A stretch of DNA of 64,000 bases, taken from the NCBI GenBank assembly GCA_015494465.1, contig WGBD01000002.1, positions 131,683 to 195,682 on the forward strand, given 5' to 3'. This DNA comes from Candidatus Omnitrophota bacterium (GTDB lineage: Bacteria; Omnitrophota; Gorgyraeia; S143-82). The notes beneath the pieces are model-generated. The model searched no databases and was not told the origin of the DNA. It saw nothing but the letters and a program-made list of their open reading frames with translations. This document shows, in pieces, positions 1 through 9,848 of this stretch (position 1 is the stretch's first letter; each line of letters opens with the position of its first letter). A program made the position numbers and the translations under genes.

Positions 1-20
1 TATCCCGTCATCAAAATCCC

Positions 21-96
21 TGGTGGGCCCACGAGGACTCGAACCTCGAACCAACTGATTATGAGTCAGCTGCTCTGCCGATTGAGCTATGGGCCC
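21..96 (-). tRNA. tRNA-Met (anticodon CAT), elongator-type; tRNA-Ile2(CAT, lysidine) cannot be excluded
   Basis: The reverse complement folds as a canonical cloverleaf. Acceptor GGGCCCA/UGGGCCC, D-arm GCUC..GAGC, anticodon stem GCUGA/UCAGU with loop CUCAUAA, T-arm CGAGG-UUCGAGU-CCUCG, and an encoded CCA. G1-C72 is paired and the anticodon stem lacks 3 GC pairs, so it is not an initiator. Confidence 0.85.
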
Positions 97-142
97 GGTG
101 AACTCTAATTTTACTCAAAACCGCCTTCTATATCAAGCATTA

Positions 143-1303
143 TTACTTGCCCATCCCGATCCTTTGGGACATCTGGAAGAGCTTGCCTTCCGTCTGAATA
201 GAGGGGGCAATTATTATCTCGGTCAACTGCATCTCCCTTATGTTCCGTGCCCCCAGACTCCCCATAGAGGTCTTCAAGGCACCCACCAGGTTCTGGGAAC
301 CGTCGTCCACCCGGGCAGGACCGAAGAGTATCTCCTCAAGGCTTCCGCTTATGCCTACATATATCCTCGTCCCCCTAGGCAGGTTCTCGTGAGAGGTGGC
401 CATTCCCCAGTGATATCCCCTCCCTGGGGCCTCCTTTGCCCGGGCAAATGGGGATCCTATCATCACCGCATCCGCCCCGGATGCAAAGGCCTTACAGACA
501 TCCCCACCAGTGCGCATCCCACCGTCGGTGATGATGGGGACATACCTTCCGGTACGGCGATAGTAATAGTCCCTCGCAGCAGCGGTATCTATGGTAGCGG
601 TAACCTGGGGCACGCCTATACCTAGCACCCCCCGGGTGGTGCAGGCAGCACCCGGACCTATCCCCACCAGTATCGCGCTGGCGCCGACTTCCATTAGGGC
701 GAGTGCGGTCTTGTAGGTCACGCAGTTGCCTATTATCACCGGTATCTTCATCATCTTGCAGAACCTCTCAAGATCCACCGGTTTATAGGTAGAGGAGATG
801 TGCTTCACCGAGGTAACCGTGCCTTGGACCACGAATATGTCCGCACCTGCCTCCTCCGCTATGGGGCCAAACCTTTCCGCGTGCTGGGGAATACAACTGA
901 CCGCTGCTATGGCACCCTTTTCCTTTATCTCCTTTATGCGCTGGGCGATGAGGTTCTCCTTTATCGGCTCCCGATACATCTGCTGGATCAACTCGGTGGC
1001 CTCCTCGGGGGTGGCCTCGGCTATCTTGTCCAATATCTCGTCGGGATCGTGATAGCGGGTCTGGACTCCGTCCAGGTTGAGGACCGCCAGTCCCCCCAGC
1101 CTGCTCATCTCCACCGCAAACCGCACATTCACCACCCCGTCCATAGCCGAGGCTATGAAGGGGATCTTGAACTTGATGCCCCCCAATTCAAAGGAGACAT
1201 CTACATCCTCGGGGTTTATCGTGACCTCACCCGGGACCAACGCCACCTCGTCGAACCCATAACACCTTCTCGCCCGCCGACCTATACCAATCCACTCACC
1301 CAT
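143..1303 (-). CDS. IMP dehydrogenase/GMP reductase family protein (no CBS insert)
   Basis: 386 aa. Has an N-terminal '[10 protein letters not shown]' motif and a catalytic-loop motif '[11 protein letters not shown]', close to the IMPDH signature GIGPGSICTTR. TIM-barrel IMPDH-like throughout. Confidence 0.75.
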   Translation of the reverse strand: MGEWIGIGRRARRCYGFDEVALVPGEVTINPEDVDVSFELGGIKFKIPFIASAMDGVVNVRFAVEMSRLGGLAVLNLDGVQTRYHDPDEILDKIAEATPEEATELIQQMYREPIKENLIAQRIKEIKEKGAIAAVSCIPQHAERFGPIAEEAGADIFVVQGTVTSVKHISSTYKPVDLERFCKMMKIPVIIGNCVTYKTALALMEVGASAILVGIGPGAACTTRGVLGIGVPQVTATIDTAAARDYYYRRTGRYVPIITDGGMRTGGDVCKAFASGADAVMIGSPFARAKEAPGRGYHWGMATSHENLPRGTRIYVGISGSLEEILFGPARVDDGSQNLVGALKTSMGSLGARNIREMQLTEIIIAPSIQTEGKLFQMSQRIGMGK

Positions 1304-1404
1304 CGCAACCTCCCTGGTTAATGACGCGCAAAATTGTTTCTGAATTATACCATCAAAGGTTGCAGTATTTCAAAACCAAGTATTTCCATCCACCTAACTG
1401 ACAT

Positions 1405-4044
1405 CTAATCCTTCACGAATCCCTCCAACTCTGCGGTCTCCCTGCTCAGGAACCGGGCTTTGCGCAGTTCCCTACACTGTGGGGTGAGACAAAACCACCT
1501 GAAAGGTGGTCTTCCCGCCCAGAGTCCAAACCTATCTCCATCCGCAAAGCCAAATATGTCTCGGTTGCCCTTTTCCCAGACTATCCCATCCTCCCCGTTC
1601 AAGCGCGTGCGCCGAAACCAGACTTTACTATCCGGAAGATCCCGGGCGGAGACGAAGTTCGGGGACTCGTAGTCCACCTCCGCAACTCCATCTCCCTTGA
1701 GGACCACCTTGTAGCGGTAATTCCTCCTGAGGTCGGGAGGGACATCTATGTACTCCAGACCCAAGTCCCTTGCTAAGGAGGGATCTGCCTTGAGGAGCTG
1801 CAGGTACAGGTACAACTCCTCCCAGGGAGACAGATCTCTGCCCGGAAGCAAACTCATCCCCGCAACCTTCGCCGGTTTGGGCTGAAAGCGAAAGGCACCT
1901 ATCAACTGCCACAGCCCGGAACTGTCCTGCCGATAGACCCTGACCTCCAGCGGTGAATCCGGGATCTTCCCCCTGGGCAACGGCCACAACAGCCTGACAG
2001 ACGAGCCCTGCGGTTGGCACAACAGAAATCCAGCAGTGCCCACCACCTCTTCCCCCATAGCGGTCAGGCGAAAGAGGCCCACATCCACGACCGCTCTCCT
2101 GCCGGTATCGGTCTCAATCAGCATCAGGTCACCAAAGGCCATACGGGTGATGCCCGCCTTCCTTACCGACCGCTTTCCATCCTCCACCTCAATCCATACC
2201 CTATATTGCTGGTGAGAGGTAAACTCTACCTCCCTTCCCCAGAGCCGGAGTTTGTGCCGTCTTTCCCTCTTACGGAGGAAGGACAACCTCCCCCGCAGCG
2301 AATCCCCTATCTCCACCTGAAAGGTCATGTCCACTTCTCTTCCAGCAACCCGAACCAGCCCCCTCTCCAACTGCCAGTACCCAAGCGGATCCTCGGGTAG
2401 GGCAGATGTCCCGAAGATCCTCTCCAGCCAATCCCCGGGAAGGGCCACCCTGCCCAGGCCCTTGCAGAGACCCTCCCTGCACTCCAGACTTCCTCCGAGA
2501 TCCCTCCCCCTCAACTGTAGGGTCAATCCCTTCTCGGTAAATACACCCCTCACCCCGCAAGGGATCTTCAGGTTTGTTCCCCTACACATCACCATCATCC
2601 GCCCTTCCAAGGCCAGCCTTCCACCACCAGCGATTAGACGCAGACCGTCCAACCTGACCCCGATCCTCTCCTCTCTCCCCAGACAGAACGCCTCGCCCTC
2701 CCCATCCTTACCGACGAAGACCAATCGGCCTTTTCCCACAGACCAATCCCCGGATAACGCCTCCCCTCCCACCCGCAAGGACTTACCCTCCATCTGGGCA
2801 TAAGGGACAAGTTCTCCGTGTACCTCCACACCCACGGCCCGAACCTCTCCCGCCCGGTAAGTAAACTTCCCCCTGACGCCTAACTGCCTCAAGCCCCGCA
2901 ACCTTCCCTCCCAAAGGAGATCCACCACCTCGCCGTCAAACTTGGCCTGCCTCATCTTCAGGTCCAATCCCTGCCAGCGCACTCGCCTATTCACCTCGAA
3001 GGGATCCGAGAATATGCGCCCGTCCCTCACCCGAACCTGCACCGACCTGCTGAGCCTTACCCTTTCCCCCCCTACTCTCACCTCTGCATCTCCTTCCAAA
3101 GTCCCCTCCACGGTCTCTCCGCTAATGTTAAGGCTCCCCTCCTCTACGGACAGGCCCAGGTCCCTTATGTACCCCGAATCGATGTCTACTACCAAGTCCC
3201 CATCCTCAAGGCAAAGATTACCCCGAAGGACACCACCTATACCCTCGAAGAACAAGACCACCTTGGCCTTAAAGGAATCCACCTTCAGGCCCTTAAACCC
3301 CAACTCCACCTCCTCTATCCTCATCCTGCCCTCAGGAAGCGGTATCTCCTTCTTTTCCGCAAACAGGTAGACCCCCCGCTTCCCCGGGACGAGGTTCTCC
3401 AGCCGGAGGATCACCTCCTTCCCTGCCAGTCTTATCCCCAACTCCCCATCGACTGGATCCATAGAGACGGTCCTCCCTATCCGCAGACGGGTCTTGAGGA
3501 AACGCCAGGAAATCGGTCCCCGAGAGCGCTCTTTCCTTCCTCCAAGGCGAACGCTTACACTCACCTGCCCGAAAGAAAACAGGGGAACCTGCCCGTCGAG
3601 GTCAACCGCCTCTTCTCGTGAGGTAGTGCTTACATCCAGTCCTAGTATCAACCTCGCCTTAACGACTGGGACCTCCAGATCCAGACTTCCGTTAAACACA
3701 TCTATTCGGACGCTATCTATAAGGAGTTCCGCGGACGGGGATAACTGGATCCGGATGGGACGAAGCAGGTAAAAGGCCTTAGCAACGGCGAATTCCCCTC
3801 TTCCCAGACGATACAGGCACAACCCCTCGGGCCTGAAGACCTTTTCTCCAAAGACGGTGGGCAGACAGAGGGCCTCCACTACGGAGACGACCTCACCCTG
3901 CTCCCACAAGGTCACCGGAGAATAGACCACACCCTTACCAAGGGGAAAGGATGCGGGAAACGGATAAAAAAAGGGCCCTGCAAACGCAGGGCCGGAGACA
4001 AACGAACCTATTATCAGAAACAGGGAGGCCAACCTCAAGACCAC
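1405..4044 (-). CDS. large secreted protein of unknown function (signal peptide; possibly AsmA/TamB-like envelope protein)
   Basis: 879 aa continuous ORF. The N-terminus is a hydrophobic signal peptide (LASLFLIIGSFVSGPAFA). The remainder is a repetitive Gly/Arg/Val-rich beta-type sequence. No family could be assigned by eye. Confidence 0.45.
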   Translation of the reverse strand: MVLRLASLFLIIGSFVSGPAFAGPFFYPFPASFPLGKGVVYSPVTLWEQGEVVSVVEALCLPTVFGEKVFRPEGLCLYRLGRGEFAVAKAFYLLRPIRIQLSPSAELLIDSVRIDVFNGSLDLEVPVVKARLILGLDVSTTSREEAVDLDGQVPLFSFGQVSVSVRLGGRKERSRGPISWRFLKTRLRIGRTVSMDPVDGELGIRLAGKEVILRLENLVPGKRGVYLFAEKKEIPLPEGRMRIEEVELGFKGLKVDSFKAKVVLFFEGIGGVLRGNLCLEDGDLVVDIDSGYIRDLGLSVEEGSLNISGETVEGTLEGDAEVRVGGERVRLSRSVQVRVRDGRIFSDPFEVNRRVRWQGLDLKMRQAKFDGEVVDLLWEGRLRGLRQLGVRGKFTYRAGEVRAVGVEVHGELVPYAQMEGKSLRVGGEALSGDWSVGKGRLVFVGKDGEGEAFCLGREERIGVRLDGLRLIAGGGRLALEGRMMVMCRGTNLKIPCGVRGVFTEKGLTLQLRGRDLGGSLECREGLCKGLGRVALPGDWLERIFGTSALPEDPLGYWQLERGLVRVAGREVDMTFQVEIGDSLRGRLSFLRKRERRHKLRLWGREVEFTSHQQYRVWIEVEDGKRSVRKAGITRMAFGDLMLIETDTGRRAVVDVGLFRLTAMGEEVVGTAGFLLCQPQGSSVRLLWPLPRGKIPDSPLEVRVYRQDSSGLWQLIGAFRFQPKPAKVAGMSLLPGRDLSPWEELYLYLQLLKADPSLARDLGLEYIDVPPDLRRNYRYKVVLKGDGVAEVDYESPNFVSARDLPDSKVWFRRTRLNGEDGIVWEKGNRDIFGFADGDRFGLWAGRPPFRWFCLTPQCRELRKARFLSRETAELEGFVKD

Positions 4045-4047
4045 GAA

Positions 4048-4401
4048 CTAATCTTGTCGTTCCTTTATCTTCGCAGCCTTACCGACTTTATCTCTTATGT
4101 AATACAACTTTGCCCGACGGACCTTTCCTTTTCTCTTGACCTTTATGTACTCCACATTAGGAGAGTGGATGGGGAAGGTAATCTCTACGCCTTCTCCGTG
4201 AGTGGTGCGACGGATCGTGACCGTTTCCCGCACCGATCCACCCTGTCGGGCGATAACCAATCCCTCTATGTTCTGTATCCGGGTCTTGTCTCCTTCGGTT
4301 ATCCTGTAACCAACCACTATGGTATCACCCGGACGGAACTCAGGCAGGTCCTTCTTGACCTGCTCCTGCTCCAGAGTCCTTATGTAATCAACGGTTACCA
4401 T
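4048..4401 (-). CDS. rplS: 50S ribosomal protein L19
   Basis: 117 aa. 'DYIRTLEQEQVKKDLPEFRPGDTIVV...RIQNIEGLVIARQGG' is the typical L19 sequence. Confidence 0.9.
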   Translation of the reverse strand: MVTVDYIRTLEQEQVKKDLPEFRPGDTIVVGYRITEGDKTRIQNIEGLVIARQGGSVRETVTIRRTTHGEGVEITFPIHSPNVEYIKVKRKGKVRRAKLYYIRDKVGKAAKIKERQD

Positions 4402-5128
4402 CTCTTATCCTCCTTTCCCACAGATCAGGTCTGACCCGTCTGGTCCTCTCTTCTGCCATCTTCCTGCGCCACTGCGCAACCAAGGCGTGATTACCGCTCA
4501 ACAGCGCAGGAGGCACGCTCAATCCCCGAAACCGCTCAGGCCGGGTGTAATGAGGGTACTCCAGCAAACCCTCTGAAAAGCTTTCCTCCTCCAGACTCCT
4601 TTCATCGCCCAAGACCCCTGGCAGAAGCCTCACCACTGCATCCAATACCGCCATCGCAGGGACCTCGCCTCCAGTCAATACATAATCACCTATGGAAATC
4701 TCCTCGTCAACCAAGGCAGAGACGACCCGTTCGTCTATCCCCTCGTAGTGCCCGCAGACGAGCACGAGGTGCTCTTTACCGGCCAGTTCCCTTGCCTTTT
4801 CCTGATCGAATCGCCTGCCCCCCGGAGAAAGGTTTATCACCCACGAAGAGGGGCTCTTCACCTGCTCTATCGCGGAAAAAAGGGGCTCGGGCCTTATCAC
4901 CATTCCCGGGCCTCCCCCAAAAGGGGGGGCGTCTACCTTGTACTGCTTGCTCCGGGAGAAGTCCCGTATGTCCCACACATTGATCCGCACCGCCCCTACC
5001 CGCTGGGCCTTCTCCAGCATAGAGACGGATAGAAATCCCTCAAATACGACCGGAAACAGGGTAAATATGTCAATGAACAGTCTTCGAGGGCTCAAACTAT
5101 TGGGAACTACCCTCACCCTTGGAGGCAA
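4388..5128 (-). CDS. trmD: tRNA (guanine37-N1)-methyltransferase TrmD
   Basis: 'RLFIDIFTLFPVVFEG', 'VLVCGHYEGIDERV' and 'YVLTGGEVPAMAVLDAVVRLLPG' are TrmD/SPOUT knot motifs. The true start is probably an alternative codon near 5080-5095, because the ORF-track start overlaps rpsP. Confidence 0.8.
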   Translation of the reverse strand: MPPRVRVVPNSLSPRRLFIDIFTLFPVVFEGFLSVSMLEKAQRVGAVRINVWDIRDFSRSKQYKVDAPPFGGGPGMVIRPEPLFSAIEQVKSPSSWVINLSPGGRRFDQEKARELAGKEHLVLVCGHYEGIDERVVSALVDEEISIGDYVLTGGEVPAMAVLDAVVRLLPGVLGDERSLEEESFSEGLLEYPHYTRPERFRGLSVPPALLSGNHALVAQWRRKMAEERTRRVRPDLWERRIRDGNR

Positions 5129-5384
5129 CCTCTGCCTTCTTGAGCTTTCGGGCCTTCTTTATCAGGCTCTTGACCGTATCCGTGGGCTGGGCACCCTTCT
5201 TGATCCAGTCCTCTATCCGGTCCAACTTCAGGTCAAAAAAGACCGGTTTCTTAGAAGGATCGTAATAGCCCAGCACCTCAAGGACCCTGCCTTCTCTACC
5301 CTCGCGGGCATCGCAGGCCACTATCAGGAAGTGATAACGATGCTTTACCGGCTTGCCAGGTTTCCTCAACCTTATCCTAACCAT
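5097..5384 (-). CDS. rpsP: 30S ribosomal protein S16
   Basis: 95 aa. 'MVRIRLRKPGKPVKHRYHFLIVACDAREGREGRVLEVLGYYDP' is the typical S16 sequence. Confidence 0.9.
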   Translation of the reverse strand: MVRIRLRKPGKPVKHRYHFLIVACDAREGREGRVLEVLGYYDPSKKPVFFDLKLDRIEDWIKKGAQPTDTVKSLIKKARKLKKAEVASKGEGSSQ

Positions 5385-5392
5385 CCTGCCTC

Positions 5393-6832
5393 CTACCTCC
5401 CTATGGATTCCGCAAACCTCACCGCCAAGATCTGGGCCCGTGCCTTATTCTGGGTCTCCAGGTACTCCAATTCGGGCACGGAGTCCGCTACTAAGCCCGC
5501 ACCCGCCTGTATGTAAGACTTGCCATTATAAAACACAATCGTCCTGATTGCAATACAAAGATCCATGTCCCCTTTGAAGTCCATATAGCCCACCGCACCC
5601 GCGTATATCCCCCGAGGGATGGGTTCCAATTCCTCTATTATCTCCATCGCCCTTATCTTCGGGGCGCCGGAGACCGTCCCCGCAGGGAAGGTGGCAGAGA
5701 GGACATCTATTGCGTCCTTACCAGCCCGCAACTGACCGTAGACCCGGGAGACGATGTGCATCACATGGGAGTAGTTCTCCACCTGCATAAAGTCCTTTAC
5801 CTTCACCGTCCCCGGGACGCACACCCGTCCCAGATCGTTTCTCCCCAGATCAACCAGCATAACATGCTCGGCCCGTTCCTTCTCGTCCCCAAGGAGTTCC
5901 TCCGCCAGACGGGCGTCCTCCTCCGCATCCCGTCCCCTACGCCTGGTTCCTGCTATAGGATGGGTCTCCACTCGGCCACCGCTGACCCGAACCAACATCT
6001 CGGGAGAAGAACCCACGAGGTGCAGTCTGTACTTCGGCAGGGAGAGGTAAAACATGTAAGGCGAGGGATTGAGTATCCTCAGGACCCGATACACATCAAA
6101 CGGTGAGGCGCTGGTCGTGAGTTCAAACCTCTGGGAGAGGACCACCTGTATGATCTCCCCGTCCCTTATGTAGGCCTTTGCCTTCTCCACCGCATCCATA
6201 AACCTCCTGCGGGAGAAACTGGACCTCACCCCCTTGAACTCACCCCGCACCTTCTTGCGGATCCGCCTTAGCTCCTCCCAGTCTATAGGCGAAAGGGTTC
6301 TGGCGGTCCTCCCCACCCCGGCAACCAAGGCCTCCAACTTCCGCCGGGCAGAGTCGTAGCTCTCTTCCAGGCGCCTTTTGTCTAACCCCGCGGTCGGCAC
6401 CCAGACCACAAACCTCACCCTCTGCTCTCGGTGATCGAACGCGGTCTGCACCCGAGGGAGGAAGAAGTAGACCTCCGGGAACTGGCTCTGGGCCTTTAAC
6501 TTCACCGGCTCAAAGAAGCGCACCACATCGTAGGCGACATACCCCACGAGGCCCAATTCCAGAGGATAGGCACCGTCCATGGGCGCAGGTTGCACCGATG
6601 CCAGGGCCCGCCTGAGGGCAGGGCGGGGATCCTCTCCAGAGATCACCACCTCCAACATGGGATCGGTTCCCAGAAAAGAATACCGGGCGATACCCTCCCC
6701 CTGCTCCACCGACTCAAATAGATAAGAAGGCCTGTTGCCTCTCCTGGCCAGTGAGAGAAAGACCTCTACCGGGGTGAAGATGTCCGAGGATACATCCTGC
6801 CAGACCGGAACGAAATTATGCCTGCGGGCCAA
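5393..6832 (-). CDS. chorismate-utilising enzyme, anthranilate synthase component I / aminodeoxychorismate synthase family
   Basis: 479 aa. '[14 protein letters not shown]', '[23 protein letters not shown]' and '[18 protein letters not shown]' are TrpE/PabB motifs. No trpG or trpD is adjacent, so the TrpE versus PabB assignment is unresolved. Confidence 0.8.
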   Translation of the reverse strand: MARRHNFVPVWQDVSSDIFTPVEVFLSLARRGNRPSYLFESVEQGEGIARYSFLGTDPMLEVVISGEDPRPALRRALASVQPAPMDGAYPLELGLVGYVAYDVVRFFEPVKLKAQSQFPEVYFFLPRVQTAFDHREQRVRFVVWVPTAGLDKRRLEESYDSARRKLEALVAGVGRTARTLSPIDWEELRRIRKKVRGEFKGVRSSFSRRRFMDAVEKAKAYIRDGEIIQVVLSQRFELTTSASPFDVYRVLRILNPSPYMFYLSLPKYRLHLVGSSPEMLVRVSGGRVETHPIAGTRRRGRDAEEDARLAEELLGDEKERAEHVMLVDLGRNDLGRVCVPGTVKVKDFMQVENYSHVMHIVSRVYGQLRAGKDAIDVLSATFPAGTVSGAPKIRAMEIIEELEPIPRGIYAGAVGYMDFKGDMDLCIAIRTIVFYNGKSYIQAGAGLVADSVPELEYLETQNKARAQILAVRFAESIGR

Positions 6833-6883
6833 AGAGAGAAATCTGGATCTAGAGATAATAGATCTCTGGGTAGGAATAATCCA

Positions 6884-7447
6884 TCACTCCTTCCTGGTCA
6901 AGACCGAGATAAGGACCTTCACCGTGCTGTTGCGATAATCCCAGCTGTCCGGGATGATCGTGATGGATTCTATTTTACACACATACTTGCTGTTTTCAAG
7001 GGCGGAGATAAAGCGACCCAAGTCGTGATACCCTCCTGTACCTATGAAGAGTATCTGGGAGAAGCTCAGGTTGCGGAGCTTTCTGTCTTTGACTGGCACG
7101 GACTCCTTTGGAACTATCTGCTTCAGCTCCAGCCCGCTGTCCTTGGCCATGTTGGCGATGTCCTCCATGAGGAACGGCAGGTCAAACTCCGGCACGATCC
7201 GCTCTTCTATGGCGGATATCTTGTCTTTGAGTCTCTTTATGTAGACCAAGAGCTCCTCGTCCTTGACCTTGGCCCGGCTCTGTTTCAACCGGTTGTATAT
7301 CCTGTGGAACTTCTCGCTCTTTTCGGAGTAACTGGTCCACAAAGGTTGGACCACGAGGAAGTAATTAGCCACCGCAATGACCGCCCCCAGGGCCAAGGAC
7401 AGGCCCAGGACCTTTGCAGTATCGGGATCGATCGCCTTCATACTCAT
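6884..7447 (-). CDS. pilO: type IV pilus assembly protein PilO
   Basis: 187 aa. N-terminal TM helix, coiled coil, then a C-terminal alpha/beta domain. The start overlaps the pilN stop by ATGA. Position in the pilMNO order supports the call. Confidence 0.65.
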   Translation of the reverse strand: MSMKAIDPDTAKVLGLSLALGAVIAVANYFLVVQPLWTSYSEKSEKFHRIYNRLKQSRAKVKDEELLVYIKRLKDKISAIEERIVPEFDLPFLMEDIANMAKDSGLELKQIVPKESVPVKDRKLRNLSFSQILFIGTGGYHDLGRFISALENSKYVCKIESITIIPDSWDYRNSTVKVLISVLTRKE

Positions 7448-8010
7448 TTCTTCTCCGCCAGTGTAAAGACAAGATAAAAGTCCTGCACCTCAGTCGACCC
7501 TATCTTCCTCTGGGTGATGCGCTTGCTAGTCACCGACTTGAAGGACTTCGATATCACCTCGTGCTGGTTCAGGCAGGAGATAAACCTACCCGTAAGACCC
7601 CTTCCCCCTTCCTTGCTGTAAAAGGAGCCCTGTATCACGAGGGTACCCTCCGCCTTATCCATGTCGAACTTGGTAAACCAGCCGGTCTGGGGCAGGCAGT
7701 CGCTTATCACATTCATCACCTCACCCCAGGATACCTTCCTCTTTACCAGCTTCTGGTACTTCCTGAGCCGATCCTCCAACTTCCTCTGCTGTTCCCTCTG
7801 GGGGTAGAGGGTCTTCTCCTTGTTGGTTATCATCTTGATGTCTGCATCCCGCCACATCACCATGATCAACAATACCAGGTCCAGGGCCAAACTCAATACG
7901 AGGAACAAGAGGGGTAAACTGAAGAAGTTGAAGGTAAGCCAAACCGGCAGGCGCACCGTCTTGACCGCGCGCAGTTCTTCAGGTAAGAGGTTGAGTTTTA
8001 TAACTCTCAT
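7444..8010 (-). CDS. pilN: type IV pilus assembly protein PilN
   Basis: 'IKLNLLPEELR' is the PilN N-terminal motif, followed by a TM helix. The internal ATG at 8010 overlaps the pilM stop (ATGA). The ORF track extends the ORF to 8031. Confidence 0.65.
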   Translation of the reverse strand: MRVIKLNLLPEELRAVKTVRLPVWLTFNFFSLPLLFLVLSLALDLVLLIMVMWRDADIKMITNKEKTLYPQREQQRKLEDRLRKYQKLVKRKVSWGEVMNVISDCLPQTGWFTKFDMDKAEGTLVIQGSFYSKEGGRGLTGRFISCLNQHEVISKSFKSVTSKRITQRKIGSTEVQDFYLVFTLAEKK

Positions 8011-9005
8011 ACTATCGTCGCTCCCAAACAAGCGTGGATCATGTCCTGCCTAAACTCCAGGGAATTCTTATCTATGCCCTTACCTATCTCAAACCTCTCC
8101 AACGCAGACCAACCCAGCACCGGTACACCGACGGACTTCTCCAGGTACTCCCGCAGGCCTGGGGTCCTGCTACCCCCACCGCTGATGAATATCTTTGAGA
8201 CCTTACCTAAGGACTGATGCCCGGTGTACTCCATAGAGACCTTTATCTCCTCCGCAAAGCGATAGAAGATCGGCTCCAGGGCGCTCTTGACCTCTGCCTC
8301 CCGCTCCCCAGGATTGCACTTTATTAGTTCCGCCTCTTCGCCGTTGAGGTGGAGAACATCCTCCAAGTGTTCGGTGAACAGATCCCCACCTATGTTTATC
8401 TCCCGGATAACGAACGGGATCCCTTGAGAGACCACGACGAATTCCGTGAAACTGGCACCCACATCCAGGAGCACCACCGTCTTAGAAGGATCGTCTAGTC
8501 TCATAAAGTTAAAGAGGTTAACCAAACAAAGCCCGGCTAACTCTGCAGAGGTCAGTCCAAATCCCGCATCGAGGAAAGGGGCTACCAACTCCTCGATAGC
8601 AGATCTCCTCACCCCAGCCAAGGCCACTAAGGTCTCGGTATCTCTCTCTTCCAAGACCTTGAAGTCCACCACCCTTTCCTCCGGAGGGAAGGGCACATAC
8701 ACCTCTTCCTCGTAGCGGATGGCCTTCTCCAACTCCACCTCGTCCATCCTAGGCAAATCGAGTAACCTGTAGATGGACTGTATCCCGTGGATCACCAGCA
8801 CGATCTGGGAACGCTTGGTATCCAACTTAGGTTGGACCTTGGCGAGAAACTCCTTCAGCTGATCCTGCCCGGAGAGCTTCTCGTAAAAGAAGGCCTCAAT
8901 GATCGGTGCTCGCTTTGCCCCGCGATTCTTGACCTGGGCCACCTTAATGCTCTTGCCGCTGGGGTCTATAGATATGATACGCTTGTCCCTCGAGAAAAAC
9001 GGCAA
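8007..9005 (-). CDS. pilM: type IV pilus assembly ATPase-fold protein PilM
   Basis: 332 aa actin-like fold. Motifs: 'IISIDPSGKSIKVAQV', 'VLLDVGASFTEFVVV' and 'ISGGGSRTPGLREYL'. Confidence 0.8.
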   Translation of the reverse strand: MPFFSRDKRIISIDPSGKSIKVAQVKNRGAKRAPIIEAFFYEKLSGQDQLKEFLAKVQPKLDTKRSQIVLVIHGIQSIYRLLDLPRMDEVELEKAIRYEEEVYVPFPPEERVVDFKVLEERDTETLVALAGVRRSAIEELVAPFLDAGFGLTSAELAGLCLVNLFNFMRLDDPSKTVVLLDVGASFTEFVVVSQGIPFVIREINIGGDLFTEHLEDVLHLNGEEAELIKCNPGEREAEVKSALEPIFYRFAEEIKVSMEYTGHQSLGKVSKIFISGGGSRTPGLREYLEKSVGVPVLGWSALERFEIGKGIDKNSLEFRQDMIHACLGATIV

Positions 9006-9017
9006 ATTCGCGCCCCC

Positions 9018-9848
9018 CTATTTCGTTCTGATTGCCACCTGAAAAACATACTGCGAAGAATCCAGCTCGTATCTAACTCGTATTTTATCATCATCCCGAT
9101 AAAAATTCAAAGAGGAAATCCCAGACACCAAAGACCTAGCAGTCCCAGCAGGCCTCTTGACGAAGATCGTCTCGCCATTGAGGTATATCTCCCAGGGGGA
9201 ATTGGAAAATTCCCTGTCCCCAGAAACCGAATCACAGGTGTAAAACCTTACCAGGCTACCGTCGCTGGAGATCTCTATGGCGTGACTGTCGTCCTCGCAG
9301 GCATCCAGCAGATAACGATAGATCGCGAGGTTGACCCGCTTACTGCGTTCCAGACGGGAGAGCCTGTCCTCAACCGCACGGTATATCGGAGAGATCACTC
9401 TCATAAGGCTTCCGGTCATAAGGACCACTACCGTAAATATCGATATAGCTATTAGCAATTCGACGACGGTGAATCCCTTGCTTAGGTTCTTTAACCCCTT
9501 CAGATAACCCAAGGCCATCAACAGACCCACGCCCAGGAGGAAAAGGACGCCCAACATCAAACGAAGTCTCAAAGACACCTGCGAAGGAGAGGCAGTAGTA
9601 TCCTGCGCATTTGCCCGTTGAGAGGTTTCCTTCCTTTCCCGGAGATTCTCCCGTCGAGGGGAGGGGGTTAGCTTGTAAGAGTGCCTACCTATACGCACTA
9701 CCCGCCTCTTCTCCGAAGGCCCTTCTACCTTAGTCTTTGGCTTCAAGAGACTGCGCTCCTTCACCGCCTTGTCCTGGGGCACGAATCCCAGGCAGAGTAC
9801 TGCCGATACCAAACAAGAGGCCAGGACTAGAGCTCTTTCCACGACCAT
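9018..9848 (-). CDS. minor pilin / pseudopilin (FimT/PilW-like) with prepilin N-methylation motif
   Basis: Class III signal motif 'KG|FTVVELLIAISIF' at residues 124-137 of the ORF. An internal start at 9518 (MALGYLKGLKNLSKG) would give a normal short leader. The upstream 110 codons are Lys/Arg-rich with a hydrophobic N-terminus. Confidence 0.6.
   Translation of the reverse strand: MVVERALVLASCLVSAVLCLGFVPQDKAVKERSLLKPKTKVEGPSEKRRVVRIGRHSYKLTPSPRRENLRERKETSQRANAQDTTASPSQVSLRLRLMLGVLFLLGVGLLMALGYLKGLKNLSKGFTVVELLIAISIFTVVVLMTGSLMRVISPIYRAVEDRLSRLERSKRVNLAIYRYLLDACEDDSHAIEISSDGSLVRFYTCDSVSGDREFSNSPWEIYLNGETIFVKRPAGTARSLVSGISSLNFYRDDDKIRVRYELDSSQYVFQVAIRTK

Noticed and set aside
89-625. 178-aa plus-strand ORF overlapping the tRNA-Met region and the IMPDH-like gene
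   Set aside because: It is antisense to the well-supported IMPDH-family CDS. Pro/Gly-rich shadow.
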